The notes below the pieces were generated by a model. That model saw only the letters and a program-made list of their open reading frames with translations, ran no database searches and was not told the origin of the DNA. A stretch of 64,000 bases of DNA. Origin: Cycas panzhihuaensis (lineage: Eukaryota > Plantae > Cycadophyta). This document shows positions 51,261 to 64,000 of this stretch, piece by piece. Where the stretch lies: positions 67,897,741 to 67,961,740 of the forward strand of contig CM041465.1 in assembly GCA_023213395.1 (NCBI GenBank), read 5' to 3'. Within the stretch, counting starts at the first letter, position 1, and each line of letters starts with the position of its first letter. A program made the translations under genes and the position numbers.

Positions 51261-53689
51261 ATGGTTTTTAGGGATAAGCTAGGGTTACAGGCAATTTATG
51301 TTCTGAGTTTTCTAGCATTTTGCTAGTAAGGGGCATTTGGAGTGAGTGATTATATGCCTCATTTTGATCATTTGGCGATAGAAGAGGTACATCTAAACCT
51401 ATAGGACAGATCTCATGGAGGGTGAGTTGCAATAGTAGACAAATTCTTTTGAGGTTACGCCCTCTCAAAATGGGTTAGATGTTCAAGTCCCAGAGTAAGG
51501 TGTATCTGTAAAACAAAAGGGTATTACACCCCATCTTGTACTGGATGCAAGCCATCTTTCTAAGGAATCTAGGTCGTTGAATGAATGTAGTCTTTGTTCC
51601 TGGCTGGGGGACCTAATTGACCAAGTTAACTAAAAAATGAAAGTTTTAAAAGTAATTAAGTTCCATGAAAACTTTCAACCCTATTTGAAGAAATAGGGAT
51701 GATTTCTTGAGGTATGAAATTGGAAAGTTAAAGGAACAAACCATAAGATGTTTGTTAGATATGCTTCTTTTTTCTTCTTTTTTTTATGTCACTAATAAAA
51801 ATAATAAAAATATTTTAAAGAAAATGAAATGCAATGAACACACCAAAACCAAAATCCCTTTTTTGTCAGGGAGAAGAGCAATCAGTGCCTTATCCAGCAA
51901 GGGGAGCATTGAGGAAAAGTTTTACCTAATTAATGCCTTGTGGCTTCTATTAGTCTACCCTATATAAGTTTCAAATCAAAGAGAGGGTCATGACCTAGAC
52001 CTCTAGCCCACCAAAAAGGAGAAAACTGTGTAGAGTTATGTTAAAGATTAAAAGGACTAATGAGTGCAAGGATCCAAGAGAAGACAAACCCTAGATTAAT
52101 GACCCTATCATAGGTCAACCACTAGGAACTCACTCACCTGATGATCATCCACCCATAAAGATGATGGCCCAAAGATGCCCACATCTGACTCTAATGGACT
52201 CTTGCACTTAGAGGTAAAGGAAAACGAGGAAGTCGCTCTCAACCCAAAATGTGATGGTAGACTATCACTTTTAGTGTTTAAAAAATAACTAAAAGTAAAA
52301 TAACTCCCAAAGGAGGGAGAGTCTAATACATTGGGAAGGTGAAGACCCAATCAATTAAAGACTCCTTCACAATCAAATATATTTGCTTCTAAGGGAATGA
52401 CAGGGTTGATATGCTAAGGGCATCACTATTCGGTCAATCAACAAAGTCTTAGCAAATAGAAGCAAGCGTATTCTAGGGGACCAACAAGTAGACAACCTTA
52501 AATGCAAATATATATATACCTTTGTATTTGCATGAGCAAGCAACTAAAAATATAAAATAATAAGATAAAGTAATGTGAGACTAATACAATCCTAATACAA
52601 GGTAAGTATATGCAACTATGAATACACTTTTTATTTGTCTTTTCTTCTTTTTAAAAGGAAATGAGGTAAACCTTAAAAAAATTAAAAGGGTTCTTTTGTT
52701 GTTCTTACGATTATCCTAGCTAAGATTTTTCTTCACCTTTACAAAAAGAGAAAGAACTTGAACAAATTATAAAAGCAAAGAAAAAACAAAAAAATGAAGA
52801 AGATTATGTAGTGATATAGTGCTTGATTGCCTTCAAATGGTAACTTGTCTTATAACTAGGGACTTGAAAGAAAGAGACAAATATTCTAACTAATAGAAAG
52901 TTAAAAAAACATCTATAGAAAGGCTTCTCAACAACTTGACAAAAATGAAACTAAGGAAGAATATTATTTAAGATTCTTCTTCTTCTTGACAATACACAAG
53001 TTTCCCTGAAAATGACTACTTGTAGAAAGGGAAAAGTGCCTCATATTAATGTCAGCTTATAATATGCTCTTGAGCGTATCTCTCAATCCACTTGAAAGAT
53101 AGAAGAGGATAATAAGAGAAAAACGGAGGGAGAAGCTTAAGAAGAAAAAAAGAAATGAATGAGAAATTATAAGAGAAGAAGGAGAGAATGAAGAAAAAGA
53201 TGGCTTCAACTCCAACTCTTGATGGCTTCTTAAACTTAGAAGACACACAACACAACTTGAAAATAAAGACTCTTTAAAACCTAGACAACAAGCTTCCTCA
53301 ATCTCTCTCTCCAAATCTCCTCAAGGCGTAGCTCCAATGATGTAAACTTATAAAAATGAAATCTAGGATTCTATAGAAGATTCTTAAATGTAACATGATC
53401 CTAACTTCCCTCCCTAATTTTCCTAACTTAGTTGCAAGTTCTAAGATACTACTTCTAATATCCAAGTTCTACCTCTAGCTTCTCCTTTTTAAGATGCTTG
53501 ACACTATGAGAAAGTTTTCTATTTATAGCCTAAAATGGTGGGCAAACTATAGGCAAATCCAAGGGGAAGAGAAGTAGTGGGAATCCATGAGAAAGAAAAC
53601 TCAACAGTAAAAACAATGACTTATTGTTGGTAATTTTCTTTTCTGGGGGTGGAAAGATGAAAAACGTGATAAACAGTGAAAAATGCAAC

Positions 53690-53880
53690 CAATATTACGA
53701 AAAGCGTAACAAATGGTAAAAAACACAACAAATGCTATAAAAATAAAACAAACAACGAAAAACATGACAAATGTTGCAAAAAACATGACAAATAGCAAAA
53801 AATGAGATAAATGCTACAAAAAATGTGACAAATGTTACAAAAAACATGATAAATGTTACAAAAATACAACAAATACTTCT
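53690..53880. repeat. ~21-bp minisatellite (~9 units) in the H LTR
   Basis: Consensus about AAATGTTACAAAAAACATGAC. Confidence 0.85.
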
Positions 53881-54569
53881 TGAGCAAAAAAAAAAATTGC
53901 CAAAATTAAAAAATTCTAAAAGAAAAGACATCACAAAACAATAATTTGGTCTAACAACGAGCCAATCAAGTCATTGGAGAGACAATTGAAGAGAAAATAA
54001 TGTCATACGATGAATAATTGGATTGATAAGATGAATGAATTGGGAGCACTTCAAGTGGGCCTTAATTCATCAAACAATATAATAATCTTTTAATCATTGA
54101 CAGTATAAGTTAAGCACAATCACAATCAATATGATTTCAAGCAATCATAACAGCAAGCAGCCTCTATACTACCATGCAGTCAAACAACTAAACCCTAGCA
54201 ACAAACAAAAGGCAAGGAACTTGACTATTATCTAGAGAAGGGCATAGTTGATCGAAACATTTGTATCCTTAATAACAGAAACTTTGTGAATCGTATTGAA
54301 GTAGGATAGTGAACATTTCCAACCTTGCCTATACCAAGTTATTCAAGAGCTTGAACTACTTAGAATGTTTTTTGAGTTGTTAAAACATAAGTGACGATGA
54401 CGGTGGTTGAGTGAGACAAGTGACTTGGATGAGGTAAGTATAATTGATTATGTTGAGATGACTTATAACTGCCTATCTACATAGAAAACTTTTGGGTCCT
54501 GTGTTTTTTCTTTTTTTCTTTTTTTTGATATTTTAAATTTTTAATGTGAAAAAGAGTTTATATACAAGG

Positions 54570-54995
54570 GAGTGTCCATTATAGTTTTACCTCATTAATG
54601 TTGGCTATTCGAAGGACCTGTCATATTTTAAGCTCATTAACAGTTGACTTTTGAAGGATGTGACTACCATAGTTTATACTCGTTAGCAACTGCATTTTTA
54701 GAGCCATGTTTTATTCTTATTACGGAGAAGTGAATCCATTATTATGAATGGATATGACTACCATAGTTTATACTCGTGAGTAGCTGTATTTTCTAAGTCA
54801 TAGTTTATCATTATTGCAAAGAGGAGAATCTATTGTTAGGAACAAATGTGACTACCATAGGTATATTTTCGGAGTCATAATTTATCTTCATTACAAAGAG
54901 ATGAATCCATTGTTAGGAATGGATGTGACTACCATAGTTTATACTTCTTAGTAGGTGTATTTTTGGAGTTGTAGTTTATCCTCGTTATAGAGGTA
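54570..54995. repeat. ~94-bp degenerate tandem repeat (4-5 units)
   Basis: Recurring TGACTACCATAGTTTATACT...ATCCATTGTTAGGAA; a related unit occurs at ~56680-56745. Confidence 0.8.
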
Positions 54996-57900
54996 GATAG
55001 ATTAGGTACAGAATAAAATTATCACTTTAACTCATAATCAAAAAGTGTGGTTTCTCCCAACTTTGGCTCATGGATAATGATATTCAATTATGTAGGATAT
55101 AAGAGAGTCAGCTTCAATGTTTTCGATTCTTGGAATATGCTAAATGGAGACACTTGAAAATTATGATAACAAAACAGTTGCTTGGCTATATAGGTAGTGC
55201 AAATGAGTAGAACGTATTTGATAAACTTGAGTAAATTGATAAACTAAAATCTGAAGGTCTGAAAATAGGTTGATCAGTCTATCGTAAAAATTAAGGACAT
55301 TTGAAAAGGCTCCAATAACAATGTGGTATTTAACTTCATTGTTGGTTGCTCGAGAAATAAAAAAATGGATACTAATGATAATAGTTTCCCTATGATGACG
55401 AATAATCCGAGCTAAGGCAGCAAATCTAGGGTTCGCTCAGTTCCTACTATTAGTATAGATGTTCAAGGTTATAGTAAGGAAATAGTACAAGGTCAAAGAT
55501 AGGCTAACGAAAATGGGGAAGGAGAGAGAATCAATTGTCAAGCGTGTGACAGTCTTAATATAAATTGGGACTTCATGGCTTAGTTTCATCATAAGGGCCA
55601 CCATTTTCCTAAGTCATAATATAACCTTCTATATGTCGAATAGGTTTTGATCATAATCAGGGTCTCGATGGGCCCAAGCAACTGGATCCAAAGCTCCTAT
55701 ATGACGCACACGATCATATCCAAATGGCATGATGGAGGTGGGGACAAAGCTAACATGCGACTTGCCCTAGATATCAAGAGGGTGCTTACAACTATGTATA
55801 ATATATACACTTTTTTTTCCCTCCTATATGGGCAGAGGTTGATGGGGTTATATGAGTGCTTTAACTCAATGTTTTTTTTTTTTTTTTTTTTACAACGGTT
55901 CAAATAAAGGTCATGGTGAACCAAACATCATTAAACCTACTTTTTGGATGACTCATCTCATCTGCTCTCATTCCTGTTAAGGAATAGGTGACTACAAATG
56001 TCACATGATCTTCATTGAGATGTGGTGGATGAATGTGATTACATACTTAGGAAAGAAGGGTCATGGTTAGCTAAACCATAGGGGGATTAGGGTGTTAGAG
56101 GATATATATGAGGAGAAGACTAAGATCGCATCCTTGAGAGATGAACCACGAGTGTATACAAAATGTTTGATCTTGGTGTCTCTCAGAGGAAAAAGATTGA
56201 CCTTGAAGCAACTTATTATCAACGAGTAGGAGGGGTTTTGTCAATAGAGCTTGCCTTAGTATTAGGTATTCGATAAATCACAAGAGAAGTGAAATAAGTA
56301 GGGGTCATATGCATGAACAAAGGTTTTCTCGTAACACAATTTATAAATTGCATGAATGATACGTCAACTACTTTGATATTTAGGGATCATTTCAAACTAT
56401 TGAAGGATAACAAGAAACCTATAGATTGTTAGATATATTGGTAGCCTATTGTAAAACAAGAGAGATTAATTGAGTATTGGAGAAACCTAACGAAGGAGCA
56501 AACTACTTGTATCAATAATTGGAGGTCATCATAATGACCCAGAGTCAAGGGAGGACAAGAAAATGATATAACTTTTAATTTTTGTGATTTTTATTTTTTA
56601 ATAATGAAATGTCTACATTTCGTTTATACTCACTTTTGAAGTGGTGCCTCCCAAGTATAAGTCTTAGGTGGAGGTGAAAGGTATGACCTACCATAGCCTT
56701 CACTTGTTAATAGGAGAATTTTTGGAGCTATAGTTTATACAGGTTGCAAAGTTAGTGTGGGCCTAGATTTGTGATGGAACAAAGGTCATCAGGATGAATT
56801 AGAATTATATCTCGATCTGAAAAACCTTCAACAAAGGAGGTGGCCTTAAAGCTTATCATGCAAGTGAGAAATTAGTTATTAAAGTCTAAAGGAAAGAACA
56901 ACTAAGGTAAGGGCCTCAAAATCGAATAAGAGATTACAATGAGATGCAATGGCACCATGCCATTATAATCCTGGGTGAAATTAGAAGGTAACTTATTGGA
57001 GGGATCGTTAGACTGACTACTCTCCTTCGGGGAGGAGTCTGATAAAGGTCTTGGTTTACTAGTTAGTATTGAACTTGTAACAAAGCTTGTTCCTAACAGC
57101 GTTGAATTCCTTTCCTTAAAGACAGATGGAATCAACTTAATAGGGATTGAGTGGTTAAGGCTTTGGAAGAGAGGGTGGACGACCTACTCCAAAGTGGTTT
57201 TAGCCTTACAACAATGTTGCACAAAATGTTGATAAGTGGGGGTTGGACTATATAGAATCAGCGCACAACAAGAATTTGTATGAATTAAAGGGTTCTCAAG
57301 AATTATGTCATCTCTTACCAAAGAGGCCTCCTAATAATGCAACTAAGGTAAAGTGTTTGAGACTAATTATAGTCTGAAGGAATTAATAGAGGATCTCAAA
57401 AAGATTGGTGAGAAAAAGGCTCTAAGTTTGGACTAACTTGTAGGACCTGAACTTGCTTCAATGGACATATGATGGAAGATAAGGCAAGTACTCATGGAAT
57501 CATCCCTAGTGTTTATTGTAAAACAAGAGGAATGAGGATGGATAAAGTGGGTGTGTTCACAATGAGAGAAAGGTCCAACGAATCAAGTCTAACTCATAAA
57601 GGAATATGTAGGGTAGGTTGATTAATAGTGGAAATGGATAAGTCAATTTCGTTATCTTAGGGTTGGGTCTCCTCTTCTAATGACTGTAATTTAATATCAT
57701 CTAAAGGGAAATTTTCCCAATCTAATACGCTAAGGTCATGAAAGTAGGATCCTTGAGGCACTTGTAAATTAGAATTAGCACAAGACTTAGTAAAATGATC
57801 TAAAATCAAATCAAGAGAAGTATGATGATCAAGCTCAAGGAGAAGCTCATTAAGCTAGTCAAAGGGATCATGACAGGCTTCTTCAGGTAGCTCTAAATTA

Positions 57901-58259
57901 AAACTAGAAGATAGGTCAATGAGAGTTTCTGAGACCTCATCACTGTTAGAGGAACAAGAGCCTTCATCCATAGGTTGAGAGTCTGTTTCAAGGATAGACC
58001 AGTCTAAAAAGGGCCCACAACTTGACTCATAGAGAGGTTCAAAAGAATGTATAATGTCACAGTCAAGGAAACTACTAACAAGATTGATCACAATCGATGA
58101 CCCTACATCCTACTGTGATGGAGTAGTGTTAGACATTGATTGGGTAACTACCTTTGTATGACACATACCAGTTTCACATTCTTTCGATAGATTGAGCTTA
58201 AGTGTATAATTATAGTAATCGTTTCAAGACTAGTGTCAAGAAGCTCTAGCTAGTGAGAA

Positions 58260-58680
58260 ACTAGTGAAGTTACATATTGATAGATTCGTTGCACATTGGA
58301 TTTATAGATTTAATGAAGTAGTTCTTTAAGAATTTGAGTTAGACATACATCATCAAGATCCATGACACACTTACAAAAAGTGATTTCAGATTCACTATCA
58401 TTTTGGTCGATTGCAAAGAGGGCTTTTTGTTTGACTTAAATAGGACAAGTGACATCAAAATCACTTATGAAGACATCCATGAGTTATTGGAATAAGGAGA
58501 TTGAGTTCTCGGATAAATGGTAAAAACACCAAAGTGTGCTACCTTGTAGTGTCCTTGGGAAATGTTCCATTAATAAGAAGTCATTAGGCATATAATAAGC
58601 ACATGCAAATCCAAACACTTCGATGTGACTTAAAGGATCTTGCCCCCCAAAATGTAGGTAACTCAGGAATGAAAGGAGGG
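58260..58680 (-). pseudogene. gag: Gag core of element H
   Basis: FGGQDPLSHIEVFGFACAYY...LMEHFPRTLQGSTLWCFYHLSENSISLFQ*LMDVFISDFDV aligns with the gag of A. Confidence 0.8.
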
Positions 58681-61104
58681 AGGTAACAAAGAGAAACCTT
58701 ACATGGAAAGGGGCTCTTCATGTATACAAGCCTGTCTTTAGATGTTGTGACCATATGAGGAGGGGATTATTAATAAGCATGAGCATAACTAGTAGGGCTT
58801 ACACCCAAGTGAGATGCATAATAGAGGGGCACCTGATCAACAGGCTCTTGCACTAGGATATGAGTGTAGGTAAAAGTAAACTGAATGGTGTTTTGTTCAT
58901 AAGGAGTTACAAGAGGGATCTAAAGATCCTTGAGGCATCTGAAGAGGGTGCAATTTATAGCCAATAGGTTGGCTAGAGTAATGTTGGGGGCTATCTATAG
59001 GACATTGTCTATAAGTAGTGAAGCATGTGATTGAATGGTCGGTTGCTCCATTCTTGATATGTATAAAGGCTATTAAGAAGACATGATTAAAGTAGGTTGT
59101 GGTACAGGCAATTAAATGTCCATGGAGGATGTGGATAAGATGTAAAAATCAAGATTGTACAAGAATAGCTAGGAAATTTTGGCAACTCCCCACTATAGTT
59201 GCCATTAACCAAGTTGACTCAAAAATGAGAGTTTTAAGGTAATTAGGTTCAATGAGAACTTTCGAACCTACTTGAAAAAGCATGGATGATTTCTCTAGGT
59301 ATGAAATTAGAAAGTTAAAGGAACAAACCACAACATGTTTGTTAGATTTGCCTCTCTTTTTTTTATGACATTGATAAAAAAAGGAAAAGTGAAAATATTC
59401 TAAAGAAAATGAAATACAATGAATACACCAAAATCAAAATCCTCTTCTTGTCAGAGAGAAGAGCAATCAATCCCTTTTCTGGCAAGGGTCGCGTTGAGGA
59501 AAAGATTTTCCTAATCAACGACCTGTGGCTTCCTACTTTTCGACCCTTTTTAAGTTTTAAATCGAAGAGGGGGTCCTGACCTAGACCTCTAGCCCATCCA
59601 AAATGAGAAAACTACGTCGAGTTATGCTAAAGATCAAGGGGACTGACGAGTGTGGTGATCCAGGAGAAGTTGGACCCTAGTTTAACAACTCTATCAAGGG
59701 TCAATTGTTAGGGACTCGCTCACCTAACTATGATCCACTCATGAAGATGGACGGTCCAGGGATGCTCGCGTCTAACTCTAGTGGACTCTCGCACTTAGAA
59801 GTGAAGAAGAACAAGGAAGCCACTCTCAATCCTAAATGTGATAGTAGACTGCCCCTTTTGGTGTTCGGAACATAACTGGAAGTAAAATGACTCCCAAAGA
59901 AGGGAGAGTCTAACATACCAAGAAGATGAGGGCCCGATCAATTAGACTCCTTAACAACAAGATGTATTTGCTTCTAAGGAAAGCATATGGTTGATATGTC
60001 AAGGCATCACTAAGGTCCTCGCAAATAGAAGTAAGCATATCTTAGGGAACCAACAAACAAGGAAACCCTAAATGCAAATATATCTGTAACTCTCTATTTG
60101 CATATGCAAACAATCAAAATGCAAAACAAGAAGACGAGGCAATGTGAGACTAATGCAATCCTAAGGCAAGGTAAGTGCATGTAATTATAAATGCACTTTT
60201 TATTTTTATTTTCTTCTTTTTAAAGGGAAATGAAATAAAACCTAGAGAAATTAAAATGGTTCTTTTGTTGTGCTTACTATTATCCTAGCTTGGATCTTTC
60301 TTCACCTTTACAAAAATAGAAAGAACTTTAATAAATTGTAAAAGCAAAGAAGAAACAAAAAAATGAAGAAGATTACCTGGTGATGTAGTCCTCGATTACC
60401 TTCAAATGGTAGCCTATCTTAGAACTAGGGACTTGAAAGAGAAAAACAAGTATTCTAACAAATAGAAAGTTAAAAAATCAACCACAGAAAGATTTTTCAA
60501 TAGCTTGACAAAAATGAAACTAAGGAAGAATACCATTCAAGATTCTTCTTCTTCCCACTTTGTAACAAAGATAACAAATAAAAAAGAGAACTTGAATAAT
60601 ACACAAGTTTACCTGAAAAGGACTACTTGTAGAAAGAGAAAAGTCCCTCAGATTAGTGTCCTTGGCCTGTAATATGATCCTGGGCCTATTTCTCAATCTG
60701 GTTGAAAGAAAAAAAGGGATAATAAGAGAAAAAGTGAGGGGCAAGCTTGAGAAGAAGAAGACAAAGGAATGAGGAAATGAAGAAATATAAGAGAAGAAGA
60801 AGATTGCTGCAACTCCAACTCAAGTCATTAGAGGGATAATTGAAGAGAAAATAATGTCAAAAAGTGAGCAATTAGATTGATAAGATGAATGAATTGGGAG
60901 GACTTCAAGTGGACCTTAATTCATCGAACACTATAATGATCTTTTAATCATTGGCAGTATAAGTTAAGCACAATCACAATTACTATGATTTCAAGCAATC
61001 ATAATGTCAGGCAGCCTCTATACTACCATGCAGTCAAGCAACTAAACCCTAGCAAAAAATAAAAGGCAAGAGACCTGGCTATTATCCAGAGAAGGGCATA
61101 GTTT

Positions 61105-64000
61105 ATCAGCACAGTCTTGTGTGTCATTTCTTCAATCTTTGGCCTTCGCCCAAAGGTTTGCATATATGGATTTAAACTAACTAGGTTTCTATAAAATCTT
61201 AAGAGCCTAATGTTTACTCAATTAGTTAAGGTTTTTTTGTGGTCCTCTTTAGGAATCCCAACGACAAGAATACAATTTTTGATAAGAAACCCTGGTTCAT
61301 GGCACAAAGTAGGACGTTCATGAAATCTTGGGACATGTTTTCCAATCCTGGATAAGAAATTTCTAGTTCCATCTCAATTTAGGTCAAACTTCCCTAATTC
61401 CCTTTGTAGTTTTGGAGTGAACAAGCCTTCCAAACAATTGGTTCATCCTTAGGGTGGTTTCTCAAGGTCATGAAAACCATTTTATCTTAGAGGGTTACAT
61501 CCTTCACCCAGATTTGTGTAGGAGTATATGTTTCAAAGGGCCTCCCAGGATAGATGGAGATCAGTCTAGAGAACCATATCTAGACACAAGACATTGATTA
61601 TGAGCAGGTCCTATTCAAGTGTGGGATGTGCCATAAGTACAGACACTTCGTACGTGAATGCCTTTAGAAAAGTGTTGCCTCTGGGCTACCCTTGAATCAA
61701 GCGAATGACAAAGGCTTTGTCTAAGTACAACACAAAGGTTAGTTGAGGCGTGGGCATAAGACCTAAACGTGCTTATGGCCAACAACCCAACTAAAAGATA
61801 GCCTCAAATAATAGGTATATGAGCTTAATTGGTGAAAACACAAATAAGAGCAATGACATTGATGGTGAACAAGAAGTCGACCCTCTCTTTTTACATTAGA
61901 AGGACATGAACAGGATTGATAGTGAGTAGTGCGATGTAGACTACATTGTAGAAAGTGCGCAAGTCAATACTTGAGCCATTAAGGGAGGGGACTTATTAGC
62001 ACTATAGATAGGTCAAAAGCCCATTCCAATTGTTCCAAATCCCCCTTATTCTACTCTAACTAGGGTGGATGTGTGTGTGGATAACAAAACATAAGAGACA
62101 AACTTAATTCCCAAAACTCACAACTTACAAGGCAACGTAGAGCATGAGTAGAATATAACATTGAATGTTAGCTCAAATGTTCTTCTTAGGGGGGTTTCTC
62201 AACCTAGAGTAAGGGGTGGCATTATGCCAGCCCCAATTAACGAAGCTCAAGTCGATTGCGAGGACATGAGCAAAAAGAAGGGTAAAAGGCCTAATAATGA
62301 ACTTCGTAATCTAGAAGCCAAAAGAGGTTTAGAAAGGGGAATGCAAGACCCCATAATTAATTTTATTGGGGGAAAATAAGGCTCAAAAAATTTTTAGAGT
62401 GATTAGTCTTACTTAATCCAAATCAAGAACAAGAAAGGGGCCTACTCGTCTAAGGTAGCGATGATAATAGTTTCTTAAAAGATAAGAGAGTAGGATTCAA
62501 CCTCATCAAAGTGAACCCTTGAGAGTGGATCAAAGAATAGAACCCTAATGATGTTCTCCTCAAAGATATAAAAAATTATATGAAGAGGAAGCAAAAGAGT
62601 GAAAGAAATCATGGATTGACAATTCATTCTCTATTATCAACAATAGTGCCCAGGGTCAATCTAGAGGTCTTATTATGCTATGGAATCATAAAACCCTTAT
62701 TTAATCCATACTGCCAAAGGGAGGCGTTGGATAACAACTAAGGTCCAAGTTATGGGCAACGATAAGGTGATTGATATCATTAGCGTGTATGGCCCAAACC
62801 ATTTTTTATTAGTAAAAAAATGTTGCTCAATGTGTGGTAGGATGGTAAGATGGGGAACTACTCAAACTAGACCATTGGTAGAAATTTGAAGCTGGTTCTA
62901 CATCTAAATGAGAAGCATGGTGGATGTTATTTACTGAGTAAACAAACAAAGACAATCTAAAGCATGATGGATGATAGTGTTGGCAGATGTGAAGCCAGCG
63001 AATGGGGCTTTTAGCTGGACCAACAAGACACATGGTCAGGTGTTAATTATGGAAAGGCTTGATAGGTTCCTAATCTCAAATTAATTAGTGGACTCTACAA
63101 AGGTATACTCCAAAATCTTAACCTGAGGGTTATCGAATCATGCCCCAATTCTCCTCAAGTTGTTAGGTATGCAAACTCGTAGGAATTCTCATTTTAAGTT
63201 TAATCCAAGATTGATAAATTATCTAAAATTTATTCCTTTGATTAAGCAATGGTAGAACAAAACTCAATTTTTAGGAATAAAAACGTATATTTTCCATTCC
63301 AAGTTGTGTTACATCAAAAGAATGACCTCAACAAGTGGCAAAGTAACCTCACATACCAACCTAGATAGAAGAAACTCTGCATTAAGGAGAAACTAAAGGC
63401 TCTAAATAAGAAGATGAACTCTAGTTGTGACTCCTTCCATGACTAAAGGGAGGAAGAAGCTATTCTTGAAAGAATGGACTCTATTGAGACAGATCAAAAT
63501 GCTCTTACAAGACTCCATTCCTAAATGTTGCGATTAAAACAAGAAGACACCAATTCTCGATTTTTTCACAATTTAGTTAAGACCCGATAAAAGAAAAATA
63601 GGATAGTTAAGCTCCATATCAGAGTGAGTCATACTGTTTGCTTTTAAGAAGATATACAATCGGTGATCCAAGACCATTTCTTTGTATTATTAATGAAAGA
63701 GCAAGTGGATAGAGATTATGCTTAATCTAAGATATCGACGCCCTTTCCAAGGATGGTTATAATATAGATGAACCATAACCTAATCAAACTAGTCATTATA
63801 GATGAAGTGCGTAAAATGGGTTTTACAATGCCAACTAACAAATCTCCAAGGTTGGATAGTCTCTAAGCTAACTTCTTCCAAGCGATGTGGGAAATAATCA
63901 AAATTGACCGTCTCTAGATGATAGAGGAATCTAAGAGGTTGGGATGCATACTGAAGGCATTGAACTTAACCTTCTTAGCACTAATTCTGAAGGATAAATG
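61105..64000 (+). mobile_element. Second L1 LINE, 5'-incomplete, running off the window
   Basis: ORF1 HSLVCHFFNLWP...CGMCHKYRHFVREC. ORF2 from 62461 (MIIVS*KI), VYGPN, MERLDRFL, SNHAPI, NKSP.LD..FFQAMWEII. Confidence 0.88.

Larger units (their letters stand above)
51270..61105 (-). mobile_element. Element H: Tat-type gag-only gypsy array with two related LTRs, each followed by a PBS and leader
   Basis: Direct repeats ~51620-54250 and ~59205-61105; LTR edges TGAGGAAAAG at 51910 and 59495; gag core similar to that of A. Outer boundaries uncertain. Confidence 0.7.

Noticed and set aside
53601-53934. Hydrophobic ORFs resembling env or membrane proteins
   Set aside because: They are translations of the A-rich 21-bp minisatellite.
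54570-54995. CRISPR-like periodicity
   Set aside because: Units are similar along their whole length with no unique spacers, there are no cas genes, and the context is plant retrotransposon.

Overview
Plant genomic window made almost entirely of nested, decayed retrotransposons, with no intact host gene that I can support. Element types and the heavy C>T decay suggest a large-genome seed plant, possibly a gymnosperm (inference). From left to right: (A) a minus-strand Tat-type Ty3/gypsy array in LTR-internal-LTR-internal form with 3.1-kb LTRs (1-16158). Its pol is deleted, but it keeps a stand-alone archaeal-type RNase H gene and an apparent divergent antisense transcription unit. (C) A Tnt1/Tork-like Ty1/copia (16159-26233, minus) into which A and a second copia (B, 16427-23054, plus, 6-bp TSD) inserted. 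(D) An AT-rich non-autonomous LTR family in three copies, one inverted inside another and one LTR split by a near full-length L1 LINE (31345-37160). (E) A chromovirus-like gypsy (about 39300-48955) that hosts a gag-PR-only gypsy (F) and D3; F in turn hosts a 326-bp miniature LTR element with 86-bp LTRs. (G) A deleted copia. (H) A second Tat-type gag-only tandem array. The window ends in a second L1 LINE. The most interesting candidates are the 3' divergent aRH/antisense module of A, with a palindrome shared with the LTR promoter, and the 326-bp miniature element. Identities are by-eye estimates; no searches were run.
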